Numbered from the stretch's first letter, positions 40,766 through 50,758 are shown. The stretch is DNA of 64,000 bases from Bacteriovoracia bacterium (GCA_050246755.1 JBFWVL010000001.1:1376001-1440000), one strand, 5' to 3'. The notes: a model not told the origin generated them from the sequence alone. Made by a program: numbers and translations.

Positions 40766-42350
40766 AATCTTTAGCCTCCAAGCGATCGAGCATGGGGTTG
40801 ATATACCCATCTTCACGGTTGAAAACCCCTTTATAGCCCTTGCCGCCATCGATCTTACGGCTTACTTCGGCGAAGCACTTTTGCTCGATCGCCTTGAAGA
40901 TCCCGATTTTATCGATGTGGCGCAAGAGTTTCACGGAATCGTCGAGAACTTTCTGGGCCCACTTCTCGATCTTCCCGCCCTTTTTGTAAATGATCTCTTC
41001 GCCGAGGTGCTCGGCGCCGCCGAAAATATAGTTGCAGCTCTTGAGCGCCATGAAACGATCTCCGAGCAAGGGCGTATGGATAGCTTCGGTGGGCATGCCA
41101 AGCAGGTGGATTCCCTGATTCGTCATCACGCTCACGAGATTGAACATCGCGTCGTACACGTGGCTGAAATGAATATCGCCCTCCATGTGGCGGGTGGGGG
41201 GCATATACTTCAGGGGGGCCTTGGGGAAAATATCGCGGGTCATTTGCGCGCGCGCCACCTCGAGGAGAATCACGTCGGGATGAAATGGATTCATCTCCAT
41301 CGCGTGGCCGAGGCCCATATACTCGGGCTTCATATTGGCCGATAGCGCAAAGCGCTCGTTGATGAACTGGGAGGCAAGAACCTGGTGGCCGTTTTCCACG
41401 GCGTCGGCGGTGGTGAGGTAGTTGTCTTCGCCGGTATTGATGAAAATTTCCGATAGCGCGCATACCAGCCGCGAAAAATGCTGGTCGATCAGAGTGCGCT
41501 TCATGTTGATGTCGCGAAAAAGAATCCCATAGAGTGAATCGCACAATAAAAAATCTAGGCGTTCCTGCGCGGCGATCGAAGCGATTTCCGGCATGCAGAG
41601 GCCCGAAGAATAGTTCGTGAGGCGGATATAACGGCCGAGCTTCAGGCCCTCTTCATCGAGCGCCTTGCGCATGATGCGAAAGTTTTCCTGCGTGGCGTAG
41701 GTGCCGCCAAAGCCTTCCGTGGTTGCGCCATGAGGAACGTAGTCGAGCAAAGATTGCGCGGTGGAGCGGATCACGGCAATTACATCGGCCCCGGCCTGCG
41801 CGGCGGAGCGCGCTTGCACCACATCTTCGAAAATATTGCCCGAAGCTACGATCACGTACTTGAGCGGCGGCTTCCTGAAAGAAACATCATGCGGATCGAT
41901 CAGCTTGCTTTTGAGGCGGTTCCGCTCTTTACGCTTGTCGACCAGCGCCTTGAGCGCCACTTTGGCGAGCGCGTCGGCTTTTTTGAAGATGTCTTTTTCT
42001 TTCGCTACCGGGATTTTGGATAACCGGAATGCACCGTTGGCGCGAATGAGGGTGTCTACCACCTGGGCGGGCGTGGCATTTTGCTGAACGCAGGCATTGG
42101 CCATCCAGAAGGATGCCCCCCGCCCAATGGCGCCGTCTTCTTGCAGCTGATCCACGATCACGTTCGCGATCGGATAATGTTGTTTGATCTGGGGATTGAA
42201 GTAGGCACCGCTTACGCCGAGCAGCCGCAATACGGAACGCTCTGTGGCCACGGTAGAATGCGCGTCGATCACTTCCCGAACGTCTTTGGAAATTTTTACC
42301 GCGATTCGGCGGCAGTCAGCAATTTTTTTTCGGTCAAGGGCGAGCTTCAT
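40758..42350 (-). CDS. kamD: Lysine 5,6-aminomutase alpha subunit
   Basis: VIRSTAQSLLDYVP, GFGGTYATQENFR, NYSSGLCMPEI, KYMPPT. Confidence 0.96.
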   Translation of the reverse strand: MKLALDRKKIADCRRIAVKISKDVREVIDAHSTVATERSVLRLLGVSGAYFNPQIKQHYPIANVIVDQLQEDGAIGRGASFWMANACVQQNATPAQVVDTLIRANGAFRLSKIPVAKEKDIFKKADALAKVALKALVDKRKERNRLKSKLIDPHDVSFRKPPLKYVIVASGNIFEDVVQARSAAQAGADVIAVIRSTAQSLLDYVPHGATTEGFGGTYATQENFRIMRKALDEEGLKLGRYIRLTNYSSGLCMPEIASIAAQERLDFLLCDSLYGILFRDINMKRTLIDQHFSRLVCALSEIFINTGEDNYLTTADAVENGHQVLASQFINERFALSANMKPEYMGLGHAMEMNPFHPDVILLEVARAQMTRDIFPKAPLKYMPPTRHMEGDIHFSHVYDAMFNLVSVMTNQGIHLLGMPTEAIHTPLLGDRFMALKSCNYIFGGAEHLGEEIIYKKGGKIEKWAQKVLDDSVKLLRHIDKIGIFKAIEQKCFAEVSRKIDGGKGYKGVFNREDGYINPMLDRLEAKDYG

Positions 42351-43395
42351 AGAGGGATTGTAAGATTGTACGCAGCTCGCCGCTCTCCCGCAAGATGTCG
42401 AGCGTCAGGGCGGCATGTCCCTCGGTATACCCATTTCCGATCACTAACGTTACGTCGGCCCCCACGCCTTCGGCGCCAAGGGCCGCGGCGGAGAAGCTCG
42501 TGGCCATACTGAACAGGTACACGGTGCCTTTATGGCGGGTGGAAAGAATGCTGGCCATTTCGGTGCCGGCCACGTTGGCCACGTTGATCACCAGATCGGC
42601 GCCTTGGCCGCCAAAAGCCGCGCGAATTTTCACTGAAGCCTCTACGGCGTCCCGCGCGTTGCCCTCGATCACTTCGTCCACGAAGGAAAGCTGGCGCAGA
42701 CGCTCTGCGGCCACGGGAGAGTACTCGAAGGCCACTACTTTGCCGGATTTACCGGCCTGCTTTTTTGCTTCGTATAGGCAGAATAAGCCGCTTTTTCCGC
42801 CGCCGCCGATCACGGCCACGTTCATGCCGGGTTTCACGAGCTGCGCGGTTTGGGCGGGGGCGCCTGCCACGTCGAGCGCCGCGAGGGCTAGTCCTTCGTT
42901 GATATCGGCCGGAATCTTGGCGGCGATTCCGCTATTGAACAAAATGGCGTGTCCCTCCACTTCCACTCGTTCGATCTCGGGCAGAACTTTTTTAATGCGC
43001 GTGATTTTGAGGGGGGTGAGGGTAAGGGAAACGAGCGTGGCGATTCGGTCTCCCGCTTTAAAATTTTTGAAGTCGGGATTGGTGATATTGGCGCCCACTT
43101 GCTTTACGGTGCCGATCAGCATCCCTCCCGATCCCGTTACAGGATTTTGCAGCTTGCCGCGATTGCGGATCACTTCGAGAATAGCGGCGCCGGTGCGTTC
43201 GGCGTCTTTGTCGTTGGCGCCGTAGAATTGGTGAAAACTGGCGGAATCCACATTGAGGGAAGAAACCTCGATCAAGATCTCTTCCGCGCTGGCCGGGAGC
43301 TCGGCATCGAGGCGCTGGGCCTGTTGCGGAAGAACGCCCTTGGGTTCGAGCACGCGATGGATTCCTAAGTGAAGCTTAGGATCAAGCGCGGGCAC
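42334..43395 (-). CDS. kdd: L-erythro-3,5-diaminohexanoate dehydrogenase
   Basis: GIHRVLEP, NVDSASF, RGKLQNPVTGSGG, ATLVSLTLTPL, LDVAGAP, IGNGY; start re-called at GTG 43395. Confidence 0.93.
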   Translation of the reverse strand: MPALDPKLHLGIHRVLEPKGVLPQQAQRLDAELPASAEEILIEVSSLNVDSASFHQFYGANDKDAERTGAAILEVIRNRGKLQNPVTGSGGMLIGTVKQVGANITNPDFKNFKAGDRIATLVSLTLTPLKITRIKKVLPEIERVEVEGHAILFNSGIAAKIPADINEGLALAALDVAGAPAQTAQLVKPGMNVAVIGGGGKSGLFCLYEAKKQAGKSGKVVAFEYSPVAAERLRQLSFVDEVIEGNARDAVEASVKIRAAFGGQGADLVINVANVAGTEMASILSTRHKGTVYLFSMATSFSAAALGAEGVGADVTLVIGNGYTEGHAALTLDILRESGELRTILQSLYEARP

Positions 43396-44434
43396 GCTCC
43401 GCCTCCTGCACCCGCTCTTCGGCCATGCGGTTTGCCACGGTATTGGTAGGCAGTTTTTCTTGCTGCGAGCGCGCGATAATGTTTTTGATCGTGTCGTAGA
43501 TTTTGGCCACGTGAGCGTAGGCACGGTCGCGGTTATAGCCTTCGCGCTCGTGGTAAATATTGATCAGGCCGCCCGCATTAATGGCGTAGTCGGGGGCGTA
43601 GATAATTCCCTTTTTCAAAAGCTCTTCCCCGTCTTTTTCGGTGGCCAACTGATTGTTCGCGGCCCCCGCCACCACTTTGCATTTCAGGCGCGGCATGGTT
43701 TGGTTATTGATGATCGCTCCGAGGGCGCCGGGGCTGAAAATATCGCAAGCCACGTCGTAGACGGCCTCCGGGTTCACCACTTCGATATTGAATTCCTTGC
43801 GCGCGCGTTCCACGCTCTCGGGATTGATATCGCAGCCGGTAACTTTGGCGCCTTCCTGGTGGAGGTATTTTAAGAGGTAGTAATTTACGGCCCCTAGGCC
43901 CTGCAGGGTAATGTGCAGGCCCTTGAGGGATTTTTCCCCGAAGGCTTTTTCTGCGCAGGCGAGCATGCCGTTATATACACCCCACGCCGTTACGGGGGAT
44001 GGGTCTCCGCTGGAATTAGTTTCGCCGGCGATGCCGAGAATATGGGAAGTCTTGCTCTTGATCGTTTTCAGGTCACTAGAATCGATCCCGACGTCTTTGG
44101 CGGTGATGTAGTTACCTTTGAGGGTTTCCACGAAATCGCCAAAACGCCGCAGGAGCTCGGGAGTTTTTTGCGAAACGTCACCGATGATGATGCTTTTCCC
44201 GCCCCCCAGGGGAAGGTTTGAAATCGAGGCTTTGTACGTCATGCCCTTGGAGAGGCGCAAAACATCGGTGATGGCTTCGTCTTCATTGCGGTAATTCCAC
44301 ATACGGCAGCCACCAGTGGCCGGGCCTAAAGCAGTATTGTGGAGGGCGATAATGGCCTTTAGGCCCACTTTAGAGTCGTTGCAGAACACGATTTGTTCGT
44401 AATTATCTGCCTTAATTTTCTCAAAAACGCTCAT
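43382..44434 (-). CDS. Leucine dehydrogenase (Glu/Leu/Phe/Val dehydrogenase family)
   Basis: ALGPATGGCRM, LSKGMTYK, GGGK, SGDPSPVTA, GAANNQL, YAPDYAINAGG. Confidence 0.93.
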   Translation of the reverse strand: MSVFEKIKADNYEQIVFCNDSKVGLKAIIALHNTALGPATGGCRMWNYRNEDEAITDVLRLSKGMTYKASISNLPLGGGKSIIIGDVSQKTPELLRRFGDFVETLKGNYITAKDVGIDSSDLKTIKSKTSHILGIAGETNSSGDPSPVTAWGVYNGMLACAEKAFGEKSLKGLHITLQGLGAVNYYLLKYLHQEGAKVTGCDINPESVERARKEFNIEVVNPEAVYDVACDIFSPGALGAIINNQTMPRLKCKVVAGAANNQLATEKDGEELLKKGIIYAPDYAINAGGLINIYHEREGYNRDRAYAHVAKIYDTIKNIIARSQQEKLPTNTVANRMAEERVQEAERARA

Positions 44435-44592
44435 CGGGTTGTCTCCACTCTTTCTTCGAATTAGGGCAATTTCCGCTGTCTTACTACGAGGTTAGGAAAG
44501 GTGTACCCCGTTTTTCCTCCCTGTACAAATTTTCGTCAGGCGAGCTAAGTGACTATACTTATTGAGTAATGTGGGATTTTGCCAGTTTAGGG

Positions 44593-44630
44593 TGCCTGAA
44601 TTTTGCACACCGCTGTACAGAATGGTGACA
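44593..44630 (+). promoter_or_regulatory. Candidate enhancer-binding-protein upstream activating sites
   Basis: Two 17-bp imperfect palindromes, TGCCTGAATTTTGCACA and TGTACAGAATGGTGACA, 21 bp apart and about 90-125 bp upstream of a sigma54 promoter; a related site lies at 44522-44538. Confidence 0.55.
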
Positions 44631-44718
44631 GGGGGAAAGGTAAAAGGGCAGAGGGGCAGAAGGGCAAAAATGGCGTAAATAACTAGAATCTTAGGCCAAA
44701 ATACAATATCCGATCATT

Positions 44719-44734
44719 TGGCACTGGCATTGCA
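44719..44734 (+). promoter_or_regulatory. Sigma54 (-24/-12) promoter
   Basis: TGGCAC-TGGCA-TTGCA, an exact match to TGGCAC-N5-TTGCW. Confidence 0.8.
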
Positions 44735-44827
44735 CGCACTACCACAAGGCGATGTGTCTGGAGACCCAAGTGCCCCTTGCGGATAGTTTTTCGCAACGAC
44801 CAACGAACGAGAAGAGTGGAGATAGCT

Positions 44828-46474
44828 ATGATGTATAGCAAACAAGAGAAGCAAGCGTTTCAGCTGATCGCAGCCGCAGTCCTCTTAGGAATTTTTTCTT
44901 TAAATCCGATGGCGCGAGCCGCCGACGATGCTGCCGATGCAGTACGGGTAGAGAAAGCACAAGAGCCTCGCGAAGTGGCGTACGAGCCAGAAGAGCGTGA
45001 CGGAATCAGCCTCAAAGAATTCAACAGAATGCTTCGCGAGCCCCTCCAGGTGAGGCCGAACGAAACGAATACGGACGTAGACTTCCTCGGTGATATTCCT
45101 GCCCGCTGCGTGTACGACAAGCAAGGCGAGATGACCGCCAGCATCGACTACGATACCGATGCCAGCACCAAAGACCGTCACGTGTTTCGCGTGCACGTTC
45201 CTCTTTGCGAAAATATCCCTAACTTTAAGCGTAAGCCCGGCGAAAAAATGGTGAAAGTATCCACTATTCCCGGCGCACGTAAGCTTAAAGACGTGAAGGG
45301 CAAAGTAGTGCTCGCCAGCGGATTTAAAGATTCCGACTCCAAGCCTACGATTGAAGAATTGAAGCACGAAGGCAAAGCGATCGAAATCGCTTCCGACGAT
45401 TTCCAGCGCATGGCCGAGCAAGCTGCAATGAGCGAAGCTGCCCAGAAGCAATTGGCTGCCCGCGAAGAATCCGACCGTAAGGCCGCCATCGCGCAAGAGA
45501 AGGCAGATAATATTCGCCTGCAAAAACAAGCCGAGCTCCAGTGCAAAGAAGGCGACTTCGTTGCTCTCGATAAGACTTTCGATGCTATTCCTGAATTGAA
45601 AGAACACGTTGGCAGCTGGGGACAAAAGAAGCTTCTCGCGGCCATCGACAATGCCGAAACCGCCGACGAAGCCCGCGATGCTTTCGAAGCCTATAATAAC
45701 GCCGCTGACTCTCTTGGCTGGGAACGTGCCGATATGCGCAAAGCCTCCGAGAAATACTCCGAGAAGCGTATGTCGCTCATCAACGCCGCGATTTCCGACC
45801 TGCAAGGCGGAGGCGAAGGCAGCTTGAAGGACGCCGAGAAAATGGTGGACGAATGGGCCGCTGAATTCAAAGGCTTCGATAGCAAAGCTAAGAAAAAAGG
45901 CAAAGATGACCTAGCGGTTGCTTACGGAAACCTCGGCGCCATCGCGCAGAATGGTTCCAAGAAGAACGCGAAAGCTATCGCCCAAACGGTTGCTTCTACC
46001 GAGAAGCTCTACAAAAAGGCGAAGAAGTACGCCAACGCTTCCGATAAGAACAATATCGAAGGCGCCCTCGCTAAGCTGAACGGCCAAGCCTTCACGGCCT
46101 GCGTGAAAGCCGATCCCGCTCACATGGCAGCGTGCGAAAGCAAATACCGCGAGAAAACCAAGACCCATAGCGAGAACTACGCTACTGGCCTAGCTCAAAA
46201 AGCGAAGAACGGCGACGAAGAAGCCGCGGCCGAAGTTCAAGCCTTCGCCCAAGATTTCCTCAAGGCCGAAGGTTACGGACAATCGATGAACTACGCTGGT
46301 TTCGGAACCTTGCACCAAATGCCTGGTTTCTTCGAGCAGACCAAGATGCAGTCGCTGCAGGAAATGCAGATGCGCGCCTACCAACAGCAAATGAGCCAAA
46401 TGTACGGCGGCATGGGAATGGGAATGGGTATGGGCGCCGGAATGCAGCAGCGCACCTCGTTCTTCGGCTTCTAA
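44828..46474 (+). CDS. Secreted, mostly alpha-helical hypothetical protein with Met/Gly/Gln-rich tail
   Basis: GGAG RBS, signal peptide ending ARA, Ala/Lys/Glu-rich helices, tail YGGMGMGMGMGAGMQQRTSFFGF. Confidence 0.85.
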   Translation: MMYSKQEKQAFQLIAAAVLLGIFSLNPMARAADDAADAVRVEKAQEPREVAYEPEERDGISLKEFNRMLREPLQVRPNETNTDVDFLGDIPARCVYDKQGEMTASIDYDTDASTKDRHVFRVHVPLCENIPNFKRKPGEKMVKVSTIPGARKLKDVKGKVVLASGFKDSDSKPTIEELKHEGKAIEIASDDFQRMAEQAAMSEAAQKQLAAREESDRKAAIAQEKADNIRLQKQAELQCKEGDFVALDKTFDAIPELKEHVGSWGQKKLLAAIDNAETADEARDAFEAYNNAADSLGWERADMRKASEKYSEKRMSLINAAISDLQGGGEGSLKDAEKMVDEWAAEFKGFDSKAKKKGKDDLAVAYGNLGAIAQNGSKKNAKAIAQTVASTEKLYKKAKKYANASDKNNIEGALAKLNGQAFTACVKADPAHMAACESKYREKTKTHSENYATGLAQKAKNGDEEAAAEVQAFAQDFLKAEGYGQSMNYAGFGTLHQMPGFFEQTKMQSLQEMQMRAYQQQMSQMYGGMGMGMGMGAGMQQRTSFFGF

Positions 46475-46485
46475 GAAGAACGCCT

Positions 46486-46530
46486 AGAAATAAAAAAACC
46501 GGCGCCGAAAGGGCCGGTTTTTTTATTTCT
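46486..46530. terminator. Bidirectional intrinsic terminator
   Basis: 18-bp perfect inverted repeat AGAAATAAAAAAACCGGC / GCCGGTTTTTTTATTTCT between convergent genes. Confidence 0.92.
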
Positions 46531-46542
46531 GAAATCCGGAAA

Positions 46543-48120
46543 CTAGAAAACGGTGGTAGCCGTAAACGAGAGGGCGGTCACGGTATTCGCGGGATTTTGC
46601 TTCGAAGCGCTATTCACGTACTTGAAGTAATCGCCGGGGAAAAGCATACCGAGGTCGGCGCCAAAAGAGATATTGTCGTCCCAGTTATAGCGAGTGCCGA
46701 TATCGGCCTCGATACCCAGATTATCACTCTGGTCCGCCACGGAGGTGAAATAGGTGCGGGTGCGGTGGTTATATACGTCTTTGCCGGCCTTGGCGGTTTG
46801 ATTGGCTTTTGCCCAAACTAAGCCGAAGTTCAATCCCCACTGTTCCCAGCGTTTTTCGGAAGAAAGCATCACGTATTTCGCATTGGTGATGGCGGCGTCG
46901 TAGGGTGAAACCGTGGCGGGATTCACCGCGCCCACGCCCGGAGCTGCCGCGGTGCCAGCGGTATTTACGGGAATCGGATCCGGATTCACGGCGCCGAAAT
47001 TGCCGAGATTATAATTGAATAAAATCTGCCCAAGCTTGTAGGCCCGGTGGAACTGCATGGCTCCGAAGGCGCGTCCGCGGTTGGCGGCGCCCGAGGTAGT
47101 GGGGGACTGGCCGGGAGCGGAGCCGAATTTTAAGCTGTGCTTCCAGGTATCGTATTTGAGCGCGGTTTCCACGGCGATGGAAGTGGCTTTATAGGTATTG
47201 CGCTCACCTACTCCGTTCACGTCGCCGATCTCGCCGCTGTAGATTGGCAGTTCGGCTCCGAGCTCCACCCGGCGCCAAGATTTTTTAGCGTAGAGGTTGA
47301 GGAGCTTCAGGTTCATTCCGTTAGAGCCGCCAAGGTAGGTGGCTTGACCCCCTGGATAATAGTAGCTGTTCTGCGCGTCGTTTGCGTTGCGTTTATAGTA
47401 GAGCGCGCCGCCCTCGAGGTCTTCCTCGGGGTTTTCGTACTTCAATCCCAAGCCGTAATCGGTCACGTCGTCGGACCCCTGAAGGATCGCGTCGCTGAAG
47501 GGATTGCGGGCCCCAGCCAGGTTGCGGCCCATGGAATTTTTTGCGTAGATCGGCATCAGGCTCAGATAGCCGAATTTCGAAACGAGACGAATCGTGTCCG
47601 AAGTGCTCTGGTAGCGATCGAAAGGGCGATCGCCCGAATTGAAGATCACGCCCAAGCCCCAGTGAAAGGGAGCGCGTCCTACTTGGATGGTACCGAAATC
47701 GGTTTGAACGTCGAGCCATAGGCGGGCCACATTGAGGGTCATGCCGTCTTTCTGCGTGCTGAAAGGATTATTGCGGTCTTCCTGGGGAACTCCACGGCCG
47801 AAAAAACCGTATACGGGATCGCCCACGTTCCATTCGGAGAGAACGATCACGTTGTCGTTCACGAGCGCGCGCGGCTTGAGCTTCATGAACACGCCCGAGT
47901 AGGTGGTGCTCTTTTTCCCTTGGCCGGGAATATATTCGCCGCCGAGGCCGGCGTTGGAATAACCAGGAGAGGTTTTATCCATTTGGTAGTTATGAATGAA
48001 GGTATGATCGGCGCGGAAGTAGCCGGCCCAGTCCAGCGTGAGCGCGGAAGCATTATGCGGGCTGAGTAAAAATGCAAAAGTGATGCCTAGAATGAATTTG
48101 TTTACGAAGCGCTTATTCAT
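46543..48120 (-). CDS. Outer-membrane beta-barrel/porin-like protein
   Basis: AGGAG RBS, signal ending ASA, LDWAGYFR, GTIQVGRAPFHWGLG, NLGIEAD, terminal Phe; resembles alginate-export/TIGR04551-like barrels (unverified). Confidence 0.8.
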   Translation of the reverse strand: MNKRFVNKFILGITFAFLLSPHNASALTLDWAGYFRADHTFIHNYQMDKTSPGYSNAGLGGEYIPGQGKKSTTYSGVFMKLKPRALVNDNVIVLSEWNVGDPVYGFFGRGVPQEDRNNPFSTQKDGMTLNVARLWLDVQTDFGTIQVGRAPFHWGLGVIFNSGDRPFDRYQSTSDTIRLVSKFGYLSLMPIYAKNSMGRNLAGARNPFSDAILQGSDDVTDYGLGLKYENPEEDLEGGALYYKRNANDAQNSYYYPGGQATYLGGSNGMNLKLLNLYAKKSWRRVELGAELPIYSGEIGDVNGVGERNTYKATSIAVETALKYDTWKHSLKFGSAPGQSPTTSGAANRGRAFGAMQFHRAYKLGQILFNYNLGNFGAVNPDPIPVNTAGTAAAPGVGAVNPATVSPYDAAITNAKYVMLSSEKRWEQWGLNFGLVWAKANQTAKAGKDVYNHRTRTYFTSVADQSDNLGIEADIGTRYNWDDNISFGADLGMLFPGDYFKYVNSASKQNPANTVTALSFTATTVF

Positions 48121-48323
48121 GATTCTCCTCTGGGCGGGCATTTTGTGTGCACCGCAAAAACCGCTGCTTTTATTGCATCCATATAAGTCTGTGATTTGGG
48201 TTCAAGTCAAGGTAAAACCCTAGAGTTACGCGCTCCGCGTTGGAGGAATGGCCGCAGCGCGACGAACTTTATTTCGTCGAAAAGGTTTTCGATCTTCCTG
48301 GCGCGTAACGAAGGAGTGCTCAC

Positions 48324-50741
48324 TTGCGTTTGTGGATTCGCCGCTTGGCTTGGGCTTCGGCCGTGATTGTTCCCATTTTATTGGTGCTCGCTTTTTTCGG
48401 GTTGCGCTCGGTTTCCGCCGAACTGGAAGAGAAATTCCACGCCTCGGTGGATTCGGTGCCTACCAAAGTATATTCCGGTCTTTACTGGCTGAGGCCCGGA
48501 GTGGGGGCTAGCGCGGAAGAGCTTCGCTACCGCCTGCACGAACGGGAGTATAAAGATGTGGGCGTGGCCGAGAACGTGCGCGCACCGGGAACGTTCGCGA
48601 TTCAGCTCGATGAGCAGAAACAGCTTACCCTGCTTACGATCTCCACCGTAGATTTTCAGTATCCGGCGGTGGCAAAGGAAGTTCTGTTCGGCAATCCCCA
48701 GGCGGCCACCGGGCCGGCTAAGTACTCCGTATTTTGGCGCGATGGCCAGGTAGAAAAGGTATTGGACGTCGAGAGCGCCGAGATTTCCGGCGGCTTCGCG
48801 CTCGAACCGATCCTCGTGGCCCAGCTGAATGAAGGAAATGCCCAGGCTAGAAAAACCGTTACGATCGCCCAGATCCCCCACACCCTGATGAAAGCAATCG
48901 TGCTCACGGAAGACCAGCGTTTTCTCGAGCACGGCGGAATCGACCCCCGAGGAATCATCCGCTCGATCTACGTGAACCTGCGCTCGGGATCCTACGTGCA
49001 GGGCGCAAGCACCATTACGCAGCAGCTGGCCCGGAATATTTATTTGAGCCGCGAGCGCACCATTACCCGCAAGCTGAAGGAGATGGCGGTTTCGCTTCTT
49101 CTCGAGCTGAAATTTTCCAAAGACGAAATTCTCGAGAAGTATCTGAACGAAGTGTACTTCGGGCAATCGGGCAGCGTGGCCGTGCATGGCGTAAGCGAGG
49201 CCGCGAAATTTTACTTCGACAAGAATCTCGACGATCTCACCGTGGCCGAGCAAGCCCTCCTCGCCGGGATCGTGAAGGGGCCCTTTTTCTATTCGCCCAT
49301 TCGCCACTTTGATCGCGCTAAGGCGAGGCAGGAGGTAGTGCTCACCAAAATGTCGCAGGCGGGCGTGATCACTGAGGCGCAGTATAAGAGCGCATTGGCC
49401 GAGAAATTGCGCTTCGCGCGCGTAAATCCCGTGCAGAACCGCGCGCCCTATTTCACCGATATGGTGCAGGCGCAGCTGGTTAAGGATCTACCAGAGCAAG
49501 AAGTGCTCGGCGCCGGCTATACGATCTTCAGCACCCTCGATACCTACTACCAGCACTTGGCGGAAACGAGCGTGGCGGCGGGCGTGGCCACCGTGGAAGG
49601 CCGCCTCAAGCAATTCGTGGAAAAGGAAAAAAAAGCCAAGGCGAAAAAATCGGCCAAGCAGAAGGAAGAAAATCCGGGGCAGCGACCAGACGAAGAGATG
49701 CGCTTGGTGCAGGGGGTATTCATCGCCGTGGATCCCGCGAACGGCCACTTGCTTGGGCTGGTGGGGGGGCGCGCTTACGAAGAATCAACCTACAACCGCG
49801 CGCTCTTGATGCGCCGGCAGATTGGCTCGCTGATCAAGCCGTTCGTTTATCTCACCGCGCTTATTTACGGCCGCGCGGCGGATGGAACTCCACTCAGTGC
49901 CATTTCTAAATTCGAAGATAAACCGTTTACCTACGAGTTCGACGGCAAATCCTGGACGCCGAAAAACTACGAAGACGAATTTGCGGGAATGGTTACGCTG
50001 CGTTTCGCGCTGGCCAATTCCATCAATACCGTGGCCGCCCAAGTGGCGATCGCCACTGGGCTCGATAAGGTGGTGGAAGTGGCGAAGCTTGCGGGCTTCG
50101 AGTCCGATATTCAGCCGCTTCCCAGCCTTTCGCTCGGCGCGATCGGAGTTCCGCCAATGGAAGTGGCCACGGCCTATACCACCTTGGCAAACTTCGGCTT
50201 ACGTCGGGAGCTCACCGCCACCATTTTGGTGGTAGGCGAAGACGGAAGGGCCGTGGCGCGCTACCAGCCTCGCGAAGAGAGAGCGCTGCCTCCGGAAGAG
50301 ACGGCCAATCTCGTGAATTTGATGACTTCGGTATTTGAAATTGGAACGGCCAAAGGCAGCCGGGCGGCAGGTTTCGTTTGGCCTGCGGCTGGAAAAACGG
50401 GAACCACGAATGAATTCCGCGATGCCTGGTTTGCCGGATTCTCCCGCAAGCTACTTGGGATTTCTTGGATCGGCTTTGATCGTGACGATGAGATCGTGCG
50501 TAAGCATCGGAAAGCATTGAAACTCACGGGAGCGGTTGCCGCACTGCCGGTATGGAGCAGCTTTATGGCTAACGCGCATAAAGATCAGGCGAGCCAGGCC
50601 CTCGCTTACCCGGAGAACGCATTGCGAACAATCAAAATAGATTTAATTTCTGGTGGGCGTGCGACTCTCCGCTGCATGGGTGATAGTGTGGTAGAAGAAG
50701 TGTTTACTTATCGAAATGCACCGCTCTACGAATGTAACTAG
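48324..50741 (+). CDS. mrcB: Class A penicillin-binding protein (PBP1B-like)
   Basis: Transmembrane anchor, UB2H-like region, EDQRFLEH.G, GASTITQQL, RKLKE; transpeptidase SLIK, SIN, KTG. Confidence 0.9.
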   Translation: MRLWIRRLAWASAVIVPILLVLAFFGLRSVSAELEEKFHASVDSVPTKVYSGLYWLRPGVGASAEELRYRLHEREYKDVGVAENVRAPGTFAIQLDEQKQLTLLTISTVDFQYPAVAKEVLFGNPQAATGPAKYSVFWRDGQVEKVLDVESAEISGGFALEPILVAQLNEGNAQARKTVTIAQIPHTLMKAIVLTEDQRFLEHGGIDPRGIIRSIYVNLRSGSYVQGASTITQQLARNIYLSRERTITRKLKEMAVSLLLELKFSKDEILEKYLNEVYFGQSGSVAVHGVSEAAKFYFDKNLDDLTVAEQALLAGIVKGPFFYSPIRHFDRAKARQEVVLTKMSQAGVITEAQYKSALAEKLRFARVNPVQNRAPYFTDMVQAQLVKDLPEQEVLGAGYTIFSTLDTYYQHLAETSVAAGVATVEGRLKQFVEKEKKAKAKKSAKQKEENPGQRPDEEMRLVQGVFIAVDPANGHLLGLVGGRAYEESTYNRALLMRRQIGSLIKPFVYLTALIYGRAADGTPLSAISKFEDKPFTYEFDGKSWTPKNYEDEFAGMVTLRFALANSINTVAAQVAIATGLDKVVEVAKLAGFESDIQPLPSLSLGAIGVPPMEVATAYTTLANFGLRRELTATILVVGEDGRAVARYQPREERALPPEETANLVNLMTSVFEIGTAKGSRAAGFVWPAAGKTGTTNEFRDAWFAGFSRKLLGISWIGFDRDDEIVRKHRKALKLTGAVAALPVWSSFMANAHKDQASQALAYPENALRTIKIDLISGGRATLRCMGDSVVEEVFTYRNAPLYECN

Positions 50742-50758
50742 AGCGAAAGGATGGGCGC

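Noticed and set aside
44631-44674. Short AGGGCAGA-like direct repeats
   Set aside because: Too short and degenerate for CRISPR or iterons; probably spacer sequence between enhancer and promoter.
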